From positions 1 through 54,986 of IMG/VR virus record IMGVR_UViG_3300044795_000115: a stretch of DNA of 54,986 nt; one strand, written 5' to 3'. Under the pieces are notes generated by a model. That model made no database searches. It had not been told where the DNA came from and saw only the letters and a list, made by a program, of their open reading frames with translations. Each line of letters opens with the position of its first letter. The first letter of the stretch is position 1. A program made the position numbers and the translations under genes. Positions 1 through 8,878 of the stretch are shown piece by piece. The stretch comes from a virus. Taxonomy: Duplodnaviria > Caudoviricetes.

Positions 1-127
1 CCGGGAAAATCCCGGGAAAGGAGTTTGGCGCGCATATTGCTTCGATAGAAGCCGGGCTTATTTTTGAGATCAGGGCTTCCGAGGCCGACGTTATAGACGA
101 GGGCGGTGAGGGCGTCGAGCTGGTTGG
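1..127. repeat. Terminal direct repeat, copy 1 (circularisation overlap)
   Basis: 1-127 is identical to 54860-54986, and an ORF reads in frame across the join. Confidence 0.97.
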
Positions 128-359
128 AGGCGAGGTGGACGTGTGGGAGCAACTCGACGATGGCGTCTGACAGGTAGTCCAGCTTATCGACGAGCCAGCG
201 GTGTTCATGGGCGAAGGTAGTAGTTTCGCCCTGGTAGGCGCCTTCGGTGCGGCCCCAGCCGATGGTAGGGCGGGACCAGCCGTAGCCGGGGTCGGGGTAG
301 GCGGCAGGGTGGAAGGATTCCATTAGTTTGATGTGGCGGAGGAGCCAATCAGAGGGCAT
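1..359 (-). CDS. Endolysin, GH24 phage lysozyme, 5' part (155 aa in total, continues at 54859-54751)
   Basis: Manual translation MPSDWLLRHIKLMESFHPAAYPDPGYGWSRPTIGWGRT...NQLDALTALVYNVG; E-x8-D...T catalytic pattern, TIGWG and ALxxLxYNxG lysozyme motifs. Confidence 0.92.
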   Translation of the reverse strand, partial: MPSDWLLRHIKLMESFHPAAYPDPGYGWSRPTIGWGRTEGAYQGETTTFAHEHRWLVDKLDYLSDAIVELLPHVHLASNQLDALTALVYNVGLGSPDLKNKPGFYRSNMRAKLLSRDFP

Positions 360-446
360 AATAAGAACCGAAAAAGGCGCGAAGGAGAAGACGACTTGGA
401 CAACGTAAGGGTATACCAGCGGAGCACGGGGGAGAGTGGAGGGGGG

Positions 447-719
447 ATGAAGCAGGAGGAGGTAGCGCGGTCGGAGCCGAACCAGATGCCGCCGAAGGCG
501 AGTTACAGTGTGCCGGCGGAGGTAGAGGTAGTGAAGGTAGAGGTAGTAGCGGGGTACGGGAACGTGGATGTAGTGATCCACACGGCGAAGCGGGAAGAGG
601 GAGAGGGGAGCGAAGAGGGAGAAGGGGACGAAGAGGAAGAGGGAGAGGGAGAAGACGGGCAGGATGATGACGACGACGAAAAAGAAGGGGAAGAAGGCGG
701 CCACCCCGAAGCCGCTTAG
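447..719 (+). CDS. Hypothetical protein with very acidic C-terminal tail
   Basis: ATG at 447 after a purine-rich SD-like run; EEGEG/DDDDDE tail; overlaps the next ORF. Confidence 0.45.
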   Translation: MKQEEVARSEPNQMPPKASYSVPAEVEVVKVEVVAGYGNVDVVIHTAKREEGEGSEEGEGDEEEEGEGEDGQDDDDDEKEGEEGGHPEAA

Positions 720-876
720 CCAGGAGGTACGTCACTATCTGCACGAGGTAGGGACGAAGGGTGGGGAGCAGCGGTCGGCGCGGAAGGCGGCGGCGGTGCG
801 GGAGAACGCGGCGAAGGGGCGGGCGGCGATACAGCGCTACCGTCAGGATCCAAGCTCGAGGCCCCAGAAGCAGTAA
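664..876 (+). CDS. Small basic KGG-motif protein
   Basis: YLHEVGTKGGEQRSARKAAAVRENAAKGR resembles widespread phage GxKGG..SxxKxxAxRxNxxKG proteins. Confidence 0.7.
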   Translation: MMTTTKKKGKKAATPKPLSQEVRHYLHEVGTKGGEQRSARKAAAVRENAAKGRAAIQRYRQDPSSRPQKQ

Positions 877-896
877 GAGGGAACGAACGAGCGCTA

Positions 897-1169
897 ATGA
901 CACGGATCATTCAATCGAAGCGGGTAGAGCAGATACAGTCGTTTGGGGACCGGTGCGGGCGCTGTGGGGGGACGGGGGTAATTAACTCCCTGGGGGCAGG
1001 TGAGGGGCCGTGTCCGGTATGCTGGGACCGTCAGACGGGGTTATCGACGGGGATCGCGCAGGTATTTGAGACGTTCGGCGCGAGGCATTCGGATCTCAAT
1101 GTCAGGCGCAGCTATGCTGACGGGGTAGAAGTGATGGAACTTAGAAGTCAGAGAAGAACCAGTAAATGA
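897..1169 (+). CDS. Zinc-finger protein
   Basis: CGRCGGTG...CPVC. Confidence 0.7.
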   Translation: MTRIIQSKRVEQIQSFGDRCGRCGGTGVINSLGAGEGPCPVCWDRQTGLSTGIAQVFETFGARHSDLNVRRSYADGVEVMELRSQRRTSK

Positions 1170-2350
1170 GTCATGCCGAAATTCAGGAAGCCGTATTCCC
1201 CGACGCCTCAGAAGCAGAAGCCGAAAGCGAAGCCCGAACCCACCCCACCAGAACCACCGAAAGAAAAAGAGAGAGAGAAGAAAGAGGAGGAGCGGAAAAT
1301 GCCGGACACGATGGAGCAGGACGAGAAGCAGGAGCAATCTTCTTCGTCCCCGCAGGCGGCGGGGCAGTCGAATGGCGAGGAGGAGAAGCCCAAGACGCCG
1401 GAGCTAGACAAGATGGAGAAGGCGCAGCAGGAGCAGGCGAAGAAGGACGCGGAGGAGGAGAAGAAGAAGCTCGAGGAAAAGCAAAAAGAGGCGAAGGAAG
1501 AGATCGTGTGTCCGGGGTGCGGGGGCTCAGGAACGCGGACCTCTATGGGCGTAACTGGCGGGATAACGGACTTCGGCGAATGTATGGTTTGCCAGGGCAA
1601 GGGCAAGGTCAAGCGGGGAAAGGTACAAGAGCCGGAGGCGGCACCCAAGCAGTATCCTGGGGAGATGGCGCCGAATCCGATTCCCCCCGCGATGCGGCTT
1701 GCTTTAGAAGAGGTCCTCGAGGAAGAAAAGGCGAAGCGCGAGCAATTGAAGAAATCGAGCGCGTCTGGCGGGAACGGCGGAAAAGGGGAGAAACCCAGTG
1801 GGCAAGAGACTCCGGCCGCATCCCAATACTGAAGCAGAGCCGGGACGCCTTTTTGGATCCTGACCGCAGGGGCATTCCGCAATCCAAGTGCGCTTCTTGT
1901 CGGCGCTGGTTTCTACCGCACGAGCTGGCCCGGTTGAAGGATCGGGTGCGCTGCTATCAGTGCAATAACAGATTCTGCCGCATTGATAGGGTCCGCTATT
2001 TCCTGACTCATCCCCATAGGCCCTGCCAGGTGCCCGGCTGCCCACTCTACGCCCACGCCCGGGCCACGGTTTGTCTTCATCATGCGTTTGAACGGTTGGA
2101 ACAACAGGCTGCCCTGAAATATGGTTGCTATATCCAGCAATATGCTGAGCGCTGCGGGGTACGCCGCGCCTTCATGAATGCCTGGGCTCTGGATCCCAAC
2201 CGCTCACTCACCCTGCCGCTTTACCGGGAATACAATCTCAGCGATCCCAGGGGCCGCCGCTCCTGGGGCTTCGCTTTGCGCTCGCGTAAAGCGATGAAAG
2301 CCCGCTACCGCAACCAGCTTCTCTCATCCTGGGAGTCTGACGATGTCTGA
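1166..2350 (+). CDS. Cys/His-rich protein, start uncertain (protein-like part about 1830-2350)
   Basis: CASC, CYQC and CQVPGC...CLHH motifs; the only upstream ATGs lie inside the overlap with 1173-1832. Confidence 0.55.
   Translation: MSHAEIQEAVFPDASEAEAESEARTHPTRTTERKREREERGGAENAGHDGAGREAGAIFFVPAGGGAVEWRGGEAQDAGARQDGEGAAGAGEEGRGGGEEEARGKAKRGEGRDRVSGVRGLRNADLYGRNWRDNGLRRMYGLPGQGQGQAGKGTRAGGGTQAVSWGDGAESDSPRDAACFRRGPRGRKGEARAIEEIERVWRERRKRGETQWARDSGRIPILKQSRDAFLDPDRRGIPQSKCASCRRWFLPHELARLKDRVRCYQCNNRFCRIDRVRYFLTHPHRPCQVPGCPLYAHARATVCLHHAFERLEQQAALKYGCYIQQYAERCGVRRAFMNAWALDPNRSLTLPLYREYNLSDPRGRRSWGFALRSRKAMKARYRNQLLSSWESDDV
1173..1832 (+). CDS. K/E-rich protein with DnaJ-like zinc finger
   Basis: CPGCGGSG...CMVCQGKG; charged helical composition. 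Confidence 0.75.
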   Translation: MPKFRKPYSPTPQKQKPKAKPEPTPPEPPKEKEREKKEEERKMPDTMEQDEKQEQSSSSPQAAGQSNGEEEKPKTPELDKMEKAQQEQAKKDAEEEKKKLEEKQKEAKEEIVCPGCGGSGTRTSMGVTGGITDFGECMVCQGKGKVKRGKVQEPEAAPKQYPGEMAPNPIPPAMRLALEEVLEEEKAKREQLKKSSASGGNGGKGEKPSGQETPAASQY

Positions 2351-2585
2351 TATCCCGCACTGTCCGAGCTGCTCGATCGAGCTCTACCTGAAGGCGGAGA
2401 ACGACCGCCACTGGGCCTTCTGCTGTAAGCGCTGTCCGTTTGTCCGCATCCTCTCCAAACCCACGCTGCAAGGCGCCTCGCGGCTGGAGGTCGCGCTCGA
2501 GCGCCAGGAGGAGCGCAGACGAAGAGAGCGCGCGTGGGAAGCCCGGCCCAGATACTTCATACCGGCGAAGGTTGGTCAACCATGA
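2343..2585 (+). CDS. Zinc-ribbon protein
   Basis: CPSC...CKRC; overlaps its neighbours. Confidence 0.7.
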   Translation: MSDIPHCPSCSIELYLKAENDRHWAFCCKRCPFVRILSKPTLQGASRLEVALERQEERRRRERAWEARPRYFIPAKVGQP

Positions 2586-2803
2586 CCAATCAGCAAAAGG
2601 CGTTACGCACTGTCGCCAAATATCTCTGGCTCATATCCCAAGGCCATACAGGCATTACTCCCGAGCAGGCCAAACAGATGTCTGATATGTGCTGGCTGGC
2701 TTTGCCCATGAAGTATCGAATGACCAAATCAGAGATGGCTGAGGGCAGGGAGTTGATTCGTTACCAGTCGTTGGGGAATGAATTGTCAGGGAAACCACAA
2801 TGA
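2582..2803 (+). CDS. Hypothetical protein
   Basis: ATGA-coupled to both neighbours. Confidence 0.65.
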   Translation: MTNQQKALRTVAKYLWLISQGHTGITPEQAKQMSDMCWLALPMKYRMTKSEMAEGRELIRYQSLGNELSGKPQ

Positions 2804-3171
2804 CCAAGCCGACCAACCACGCCCCCAGCCGCTCGCAGCAGCGGGAGGCCATCAAGGCGCGCTATGAGCGCCAGCGTCAGCTGAAGGATGACTGGGAGCG
2901 CATGAGCCTGGAGCAGGCGCTCAGGACTTTGGCCGACATGCGCGCCGACATGCAGCAGGGCGCGCAGATCATCGAGCAGCGGTTGTCGAAACAGAAAGCC
3001 GAGCAGGTATGCGTGGTATGCAACAAGCCGATTCCCGGCAACCCGACCAGTATCGAGACGGTGCGCGATCCCGAGACCGCCATCATGTATAACCGCTTCT
3101 ACTGCTCCGCCGAATGCGTGGCCCGCAAGAACCAGTCGCAATACGGCATCCTCTCGCTGGCTAAAACATGA
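2800..3171 (+). CDS. Coiled-coil protein with TRASH/MYM-like zinc finger
   Basis: CVVC...FYCSAEC. Confidence 0.7.
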   Translation: MTKPTNHAPSRSQQREAIKARYERQRQLKDDWERMSLEQALRTLADMRADMQQGAQIIEQRLSKQKAEQVCVVCNKPIPGNPTSIETVRDPETAIMYNRFYCSAECVARKNQSQYGILSLAKT

Positions 3172-3254
3172 CCGGGTTGAGCATTGCCATCGTCATCGTT
3201 GTCGGACTGTTCGTCTGGCTGGTGTTCTTCAAGAAGCAGGATCCGAAACTCTGA
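3168..3254 (+). CDS. 28-aa single-TM microprotein
   Basis: MTGLSIAIVIVVGLFVWLVFFKKQDPKL; ATGA overlap upstream and TGATG overlap with the TerL start. Confidence 0.65.
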   Translation: MTGLSIAIVIVVGLFVWLVFFKKQDPKL

Positions 3255-5029
3255 TGCTCGACCTCGAAACCGTCCCGTCATTCCTCGCGAAGCTGCCTAT
3301 CAGAGACCGCTTCTCGCGGCGCCTGGTGCCCTTCAAGCTCAACTACAACCAGACCGCGGTGCATAGCAAGCTCGTCGAGCTGCAGCAGAAACGCCAATTG
3401 CTCAGGCTCATCGTGGTCAAGGCCAGAAGAGTCGGCATCAGTAGTTACGCTGACGCTCTCGGGCTCTGCCAGACGCTCTCGCGCGACGGCGCCAAGGGCC
3501 TGATCGTTGCCCACCAGTTCAAGTCCTCAAAAGGTTTGTTCGAGGTGCCGCTGAACCTGGTCAACCGCCACCTGCCACATTGTCAGAGTCTCGCGGCGAT
3601 GCTGAATATGCCGCCGCATACCCAGCATTTGATCACCGTGCCGCACGCGGATGGCGAGTCGCAGCTCGAGATCTCTACCGCCGGCTCGGTCGAAGGCGGC
3701 CGCGGCCTGGGCATGAGTTTCCTCCACATGTCGGAAGCCGCCTACTATCCAAGCCTGGAGTCGTTCTCGTCGCTTCTGCCGATGGTGCCCCGCGATCTCA
3801 ATTCCATCATCATCATCGAGTCGACAGCCCAGGGCCGTGTCGGGCCCGGCGAGCACTTCTACGATTACTGGTCGAACGCGGTTGAGGGCCGCTCCGAATA
3901 CGTTCCGGTTTTCCTGCCCTGGATGGATGACCCGCTCTGCACCGCCGACCCGCGCAGGGCCGAGGACGCGCCCATTGACGATGAAGAGCGCGAGCTGATC
4001 ACGCGCTTCAACTGCACCAAGGGGCAGCTGGCATGGCGCCGGCTGACCATCGAAACCGAGTGCAAAGGCCTGGTCTCCTTGTTTCATCAGGAGTACCCCT
4101 CGACCGCGGAGGAGGCCTTCGTCTCAACCGGCGATCCGGTGTTCGAAGACCATGAGCTCAAATATTGTGATACGACAATTCAGAAGCCGATGATGGTCGG
4201 CACCATCCGCCGCGATGTCGATGGCATGCGCTTTATCCCGGGAGAATTCGAACATGACGTCACCCGCGAATACATCAAGCTCCACGTCTGGGAACTCCCA
4301 CAAGAAAAAAACTGGTACTACATCGGTGCCGATGCTGCGCGTGGTCTCCGCGCTCCTGGCGAGGCAGTCGACGCCGACGAGCTGGGCGATTTCGCTTCGG
4401 TGGTCGTGTGGAACGGAAGTACGGGTAACCAAACAGCCCGGGTGTGCGCGCGTATCAATCCAGAAACGCTCGCGGACTGGCTGGACCGACTGGGAAGAGC
4501 TTATAACACCGCGATGGTTTCAATCGAACTTACCGGCAATCTTGGCCTGTGGGCTCAGACCGTGCTGCGCGACCGTTACCACTATGGAAACCTATATCGA
4601 TGGCGCAATAAAGACGACAAAGTCCGGCCTGCCAAAGCCCCCGTCGCCCTCGGCTGGGAAACTACCATGCGTACCAGACCCATGATGATGGACGCTTTTC
4701 GCTCCGCCATCCGCGAACGCCGCGTCTTCGTGCGCGACGAGGCTCTGGTTCGCCAGATGGATGCCTGCGAACGCTCCGACGACTTCCGCTGGCAGGTCAA
4801 GCGCGGTCACGACGACATCCTTATATCCGCCCTGGTGGGATGGATCTGCTGCGAGCAGTGGGCCCCGCCCCGTGCTCTTGAGACCAAGAACCTGCTGGCC
4901 GATGAAACCCAGATCGATGTGCCCATGCGCTATAAAGACGACGTCGATCAGGCGCTCATCCAGCATCACCAGAAAATCATGGCTTCCATCAAACAGAAGA
5001 TCTCGCGCGACCGCTTGGAGGGCATCTGA
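3254..5029 (+). CDS. terL: Terminase large subunit
   Basis: LIVVKARRVGISS (Walker A-like), FLHMSEAAY (Walker B), IIESTAQG, nuclease motifs YIGADAA and GHDD. Confidence 0.95.
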   Translation: MLDLETVPSFLAKLPIRDRFSRRLVPFKLNYNQTAVHSKLVELQQKRQLLRLIVVKARRVGISSYADALGLCQTLSRDGAKGLIVAHQFKSSKGLFEVPLNLVNRHLPHCQSLAAMLNMPPHTQHLITVPHADGESQLEISTAGSVEGGRGLGMSFLHMSEAAYYPSLESFSSLLPMVPRDLNSIIIIESTAQGRVGPGEHFYDYWSNAVEGRSEYVPVFLPWMDDPLCTADPRRAEDAPIDDEERELITRFNCTKGQLAWRRLTIETECKGLVSLFHQEYPSTAEEAFVSTGDPVFEDHELKYCDTTIQKPMMVGTIRRDVDGMRFIPGEFEHDVTREYIKLHVWELPQEKNWYYIGADAARGLRAPGEAVDADELGDFASVVVWNGSTGNQTARVCARINPETLADWLDRLGRAYNTAMVSIELTGNLGLWAQTVLRDRYHYGNLYRWRNKDDKVRPAKAPVALGWETTMRTRPMMMDAFRSAIRERRVFVRDEALVRQMDACERSDDFRWQVKRGHDDILISALVGWICCEQWAPPRALETKNLLADETQIDVPMRYKDDVDQALIQHHQKIMASIKQKISRDRLEGI

Positions 5030-5032
5030 AAC

Positions 5033-5473
5033 ATGAAACCCACCAGTAAAGACCAGTTCAAAGAGCAATTCCTCCGCCGCCCCCTCAACGATCAGGTGCA
5101 ATCCTATCTCTGCGCCCTTGCCGCCCGTAACGGCGGCGTGCTGGAGTTCGAGTTTGACGAGGTCATGAACGTTCAGGATGGCGATACTTGCGTTGTCTTT
5201 GTCGATGGCAATAAACTCCTGCTCAAGTATTCGCCTGAGATGACGTTGATCTATAGCGTGCGCCGCGGGGAGCAACAGCAATGGGCCGAACAGCACCAAA
5301 GCCAGACAATGGCTCAACAGCATCAGATCCACTCCGACGAGACCCTGGCGGAACTGGAACGCCGCAAAGCCGAGCAGGAACGACTGCGGGAGCAGGCCCG
5401 CAAGATGCGCGAGGAAGTCGAGCCCCTGACCGGAGCGACCAGGCTGAGGACCAGCCGCAACTCACCGGTCTAA
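5033..5473 (+). CDS. Hypothetical protein
   Basis: 146-aa ORF directly after terL. Confidence 0.75.
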   Translation: MKPTSKDQFKEQFLRRPLNDQVQSYLCALAARNGGVLEFEFDEVMNVQDGDTCVVFVDGNKLLLKYSPEMTLIYSVRRGEQQQWAEQHQSQTMAQQHQIHSDETLAELERRKAEQERLREQARKMREEVEPLTGATRLRTSRNSPV

Positions 5474-5493
5474 CGAAAGTACTCTGGCGGCTG

Positions 5494-5751
5494 ATGGGAA
5501 ACTTCCATCGCCAGCAGAAAAAGAATCGCTCCCAGGCCTGGCGCGGCTTTATGGATGACCTCTCCAATCCCCAGAACTCTGTCCCCCTGATCACCTCTCA
5601 CTTCGTCGCCTTCGAAAACGTCATCGAAACGCTGCGCAAAACCGATCTCCACCTCCAAGGCAGAATCGATGACCAGGGCCACACCGCGCTCGAGGAGGTG
5701 CAGCGCATGTTGAGTGGTCAACTCGCAGAACCCAAAGAGAAGGTGAATTGA
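5494..5751 (+). CDS. Hypothetical protein
   Basis: ATG at 5494; TGATG coupling to the next gene. Confidence 0.65.
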   Translation: MGNFHRQQKKNRSQAWRGFMDDLSNPQNSVPLITSHFVAFENVIETLRKTDLHLQGRIDDQGHTALEEVQRMLSGQLAEPKEKVN

Positions 5752-5900
5752 TGACACCAGAAGAAGCTTATGAAGGAATTACCAGCGGGCACGATGAGCC
5801 CGACGTCATCATCGATCCGAATGGCATTCTGACCTCGGAAGGCCTGATTCCATGGGATAAGGTAGATCGAGATAAAGATGAGGACGAAGATGACGCATGA
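5751..5900 (+). CDS. Small acidic protein (49 aa)
   Basis: MTPEEAYEGITSGHDEPDVIIDPNG...; coupled start; below the ORF-track cutoff. Confidence 0.55.
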   Translation: MTPEEAYEGITSGHDEPDVIIDPNGILTSEGLIPWDKVDRDKDEDEDDA

Positions 5901-6054
5901 AGCCATTGCCCAGTTCGCCACCCAGTGGGTCGAAGAGCATCCCCAGATCGCCGAGCACACGCCCCTGCCCCAGATCCTCGCGATGTTTGGCTTTGAGCTG
6001 CAAAAGGAAGTCATGGGGGAAATAGGTGAGATTGTCCTCGGTGAGGCAACCTAA
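5890..6054 (+). CDS. Small hypothetical protein (54 aa)
   Basis: MTHEAIAQFATQWVEEHP...; stop abuts the portal start. Confidence 0.55.
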   Translation: MTHEAIAQFATQWVEEHPQIAEHTPLPQILAMFGFELQKEVMGEIGEIVLGEAT

Positions 6055-7761
6055 GTGCCCGTCGTTCGCCGCAATACCCGCCGCTCCGTCTCCGATCAGG
6101 GATCCAATTACCTGATCCGCCAGCTGGACGAGCTGCAGAGAATTGCCGGCGATTATCGTCGAACTTTTCTGGGCGACGAATTCTTTAACGATGCCCGCGA
6201 TTTTTATAACCTCACCGTCAACCAGTCCTCGCGCGCGCCTTCCTTCCGCCCCCGGCTCGAGATCCCGCAATTGCAGATGAACATGTGTACCGAGGCCTCC
6301 GACCTCGCCGATTCCGAGCCCGTCATCTATATCACCCAGGAACAGAATGGCAAGGCGGTGCGCGACGAGAAACGGGAGAAGGTTTTTCAGAATACCTGGC
6401 GCGACGGCTTCTTCAATATCCAGATCATGTACGCCTCGCTGTGGTCGCTCTTGGCCGGCAACGGTTATCTCCAGGCCGGCTACGACCGGCTGGCCAATTC
6501 CGGCCGCGGCAAGGTCTGGCTCAAGTCACGTGACCCCGAGACCGTCTACGCCGATCCCGCCGCCACCGATGACCAGGATTGGTACTTCGTTCAAATCGTC
6601 GATCGCCTCTACCCGAACCAGATCCGCGATCTCTACCCCCAGCGCGGCTTCCTGGTCGATGCTCCGCCTCCTTCGCTGATCGAAGAAGCCAAACCAACCA
6701 CGACTTTATCTCCGCACCTGATCATGCCGCCCGGTCCTATGTCTGCCGCCGGCACCATGCCGGAAGAGAAAATCGGTATCGGCGATGGCCGCCTTAAGCT
6801 GCGTACCACGTTTATCTTTGATCCCACTTTGCAGGATGTGGTGAAACAGTACGGGGGAAATGGGAATGGGGTCGACAAGATAGTTCCCGCCAAGTTTGAG
6901 AAGAAGTACCCCAACGGACGTATGATTGTCGACGCCGACGAGCTCACCCTGTTCGATGGCGATAATCCATATCCGCGAAAGAAATTCCCGCTGACCCGCG
7001 TCTGCGGGTTGCCACCACTCAACAGTTTTTACGCCCCCCCGCCAATTCGCGTTTCGAAGAATCTCCAGGAAACTGCTCAGCGCATGCTCGTCCAGGCCTT
7101 TGAAAATGCGGTAAGGCTCAATAACGGCGTGTGGTTCATCGACGCCTCCACCGGCATTACAGCGGAAGATTTTGGCGGGTTGCCAGGCGAGCTGCGGATC
7201 ATAAACGCAAATGCTCGCTACCCCCAGCTCACCCTGCCGAAGCCCTTTCCCCCGCAGTTTATCGAGTACCCCAAGTTCCTGCTGCAGCTGCAGCAGCAGC
7301 TCCAGGGCTTTCCCGATTCCCGTCAGGGGAAACAAGGGTCCGGCAACGTCTCCGTCGATCTGTATAGCGAAGCCATTTTCCATGCCCAGAGTCTTACCCG
7401 CTTGCGCGCTAAACTGCTAGCCGAATCCGTCTATAAATGTGCTGACCAATTGTTCGTCCTGATGGCCCACTTCAACCCCGGCCACTATGCTCCTGACTAT
7501 TCCGGCGAATTTCAATTGATTCCCTGGGAACGCATCGACAAAGCCGATGAGTGGCAGCTCTGGCTCGATCCTGGATCGATTCAGCCGATAAGCCAGATGG
7601 CTTTGAACAAACTGGCTCTGGCCCTCAAAGACAAACACATGGTCGATGACAGAACCGCCTTGGAGTGGATGCGCGTGCCGCACTCCAATGAAATCGCCGA
7701 TCGTCTGGAAAGCGAGCGCTCGCTTGAAGCCATGGCCCGAGTCCGCCGCGGTGGCCGATAA
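6055..7761 (+). CDS. Portal protein (P22/podovirus-like)
   Basis: 568 aa downstream of terL; SLLAGNGYL, DPETVYADPAA and DGDNPY patterns typical of portals. Confidence 0.88.
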   Translation: MPVVRRNTRRSVSDQGSNYLIRQLDELQRIAGDYRRTFLGDEFFNDARDFYNLTVNQSSRAPSFRPRLEIPQLQMNMCTEASDLADSEPVIYITQEQNGKAVRDEKREKVFQNTWRDGFFNIQIMYASLWSLLAGNGYLQAGYDRLANSGRGKVWLKSRDPETVYADPAATDDQDWYFVQIVDRLYPNQIRDLYPQRGFLVDAPPPSLIEEAKPTTTLSPHLIMPPGPMSAAGTMPEEKIGIGDGRLKLRTTFIFDPTLQDVVKQYGGNGNGVDKIVPAKFEKKYPNGRMIVDADELTLFDGDNPYPRKKFPLTRVCGLPPLNSFYAPPPIRVSKNLQETAQRMLVQAFENAVRLNNGVWFIDASTGITAEDFGGLPGELRIINANARYPQLTLPKPFPPQFIEYPKFLLQLQQQLQGFPDSRQGKQGSGNVSVDLYSEAIFHAQSLTRLRAKLLAESVYKCADQLFVLMAHFNPGHYAPDYSGEFQLIPWERIDKADEWQLWLDPGSIQPISQMALNKLALALKDKHMVDDRTALEWMRVPHSNEIADRLESERSLEAMARVRRGGR

Positions 7762-7945
7762 AATCGAGCCCTGGTTGCTCGATCCCTTATCCTGGCTCAC
7801 CGTCGCCGAGTTCGCCCGCCGCATCGAACGGCCACGTCCTACCGTGTTGCGCTGGTGCAAGGATGGCACCTTCACCGCCTTCGGCATTACCACCTGGCAG
7901 AGCTCTCACGGTCGACGCTTGTGGTGGATCAAACTCAATGCCTGA
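7751..7945 (+). CDS. Excisionase/MerR-like HTH protein
   Basis: WLTVAEFARRIERPRPTVLRWCKDG. Confidence 0.75.
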   Translation: MADKIEPWLLDPLSWLTVAEFARRIERPRPTVLRWCKDGTFTAFGITTWQSSHGRRLWWIKLNA

Positions 7946-8402
7946 TGCCTTGGCCAGAACCCTCGCCGGAACCCAAAACCAGGATCTCTACGCCCCGGCT
8001 ACCTCTCCCTTCTTTCCCGGTCAAACCACACAAATTCAGCCGGCGGTAGGATCCATGGTCCGCCAGTTCGTGCCCCCGGCTCCGCCTTACCCTGGAACCA
8101 TCGGCCTCTTGACGCGCGGTAATTTGAATCCCTACGAGCGCCGCATCATGCACAATATGCCCGGCCCGGAAGGCGCGATCTCCACTTTGCGTACCACTAT
8201 CCTGGGAACCGACAAAGGCTATCTGCTCCTGCCTTCGGTGACGCCCGACGGACGCTTGTTACAGAATTCGCAAGAAATCATGGACCAGTATCGCAAAACC
8301 GGTCAGCATCTCGGCATCTTCGATTCTGCAGAAAACGCTGATGCTTATGACCGTATGCTCCATCAGAATCTTCGCCCGCCTACATTGGGTCGTACGCCGT
8401 AA
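7938..8402 (+). CDS. Conserved phage protein (domain recalled from large virion-associated proteins)
   Basis: GNLNPYER...ISTLRT...LLPSVTPDG...QYRKTGQHLGIFDSAENADAY pattern. Confidence 0.65.
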   Translation: MPDALARTLAGTQNQDLYAPATSPFFPGQTTQIQPAVGSMVRQFVPPAPPYPGTIGLLTRGNLNPYERRIMHNMPGPEGAISTLRTTILGTDKGYLLLPSVTPDGRLLQNSQEIMDQYRKTGQHLGIFDSAENADAYDRMLHQNLRPPTLGRTP

Positions 8403-8459
8403 CCTCATCACTCCATCATTGACAATGACTTAGCGAACGTCCCACGCTGTAGGGCAGCG

Positions 8460-8669
8460 ATGTGTCTGGAGTTCCTCAAGGATCGCGGCTTCGGAATCAA
8501 GGAAGGTGAGTGGCGCATAGTCAATGTTGCCCTCGACGGCCACAAGGTGGAGTTTTCTATCCACGAGAGTGATTGGCGCCGTTTCGAGGGTACTGACCGT
8601 TTTGTTCCCTTTCTCACCAACCAAGCCGCGAGCATCCTGGAACAAGAGGCATATAGCTCACGGGCGTGA
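8460..8669 (+). CDS. Hypothetical protein
   Basis: 69-aa ORF; TTGACA at 8419 upstream. Confidence 0.6.
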   Translation: MCLEFLKDRGFGIKEGEWRIVNVALDGHKVEFSIHESDWRRFEGTDRFVPFLTNQAASILEQEAYSSRA

Positions 8670-8738
8670 CGTACCTGCTTCCCTTCGGAACCGCCTGCGA
8701 ATGTTCCAGCTTGAGGGTTGGGGAAGGGAGTGTGAACC

Positions 8739-8807
8739 ATGCTTTATAACGAAGAAATTAAGAACCGTGGCGGGCGTCGTGGCCGCCGCCGTAGCCGCCG
8801 TAAGTAG
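8739..8807 (+). CDS. Arg-rich microprotein (22 aa)
   Basis: MLYNEEIKNRGGRRGRRRSRRK with SD-like GGGAG. Confidence 0.65.
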   Translation: MLYNEEIKNRGGRRGRRRSRRK

Positions 8808-8820
8808 GGTTTTTCCGAAC

Positions 8821-8866
8821 CGGGGGATCCGCGTCTGGTGGCGCGTTCGCGGGTCTTCCGTTTTTC
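8821..8866 (+). terminator. Intrinsic terminator-like hairpin
   Basis: CGGGGGATCCGCG/CGCGGGTCTTCCG 13-bp stem with GU pairs, followed by TTTTT. Confidence 0.6.
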
Positions 8867-8878
8867 CTTGGAGGTTTC

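Noticed and set aside
360-731. Hydrophobic N-terminal extension (SAR or signal) of the endolysin
   Set aside because: The frame is open, but it is the antisense shadow of acidic + strand codons; ATG 359 gives a normal GH24 N-terminus
7751-7945. Excisionase as evidence of integration
   Set aside because: No tyrosine or serine integrase recognised; such HTH proteins are common phage regulators
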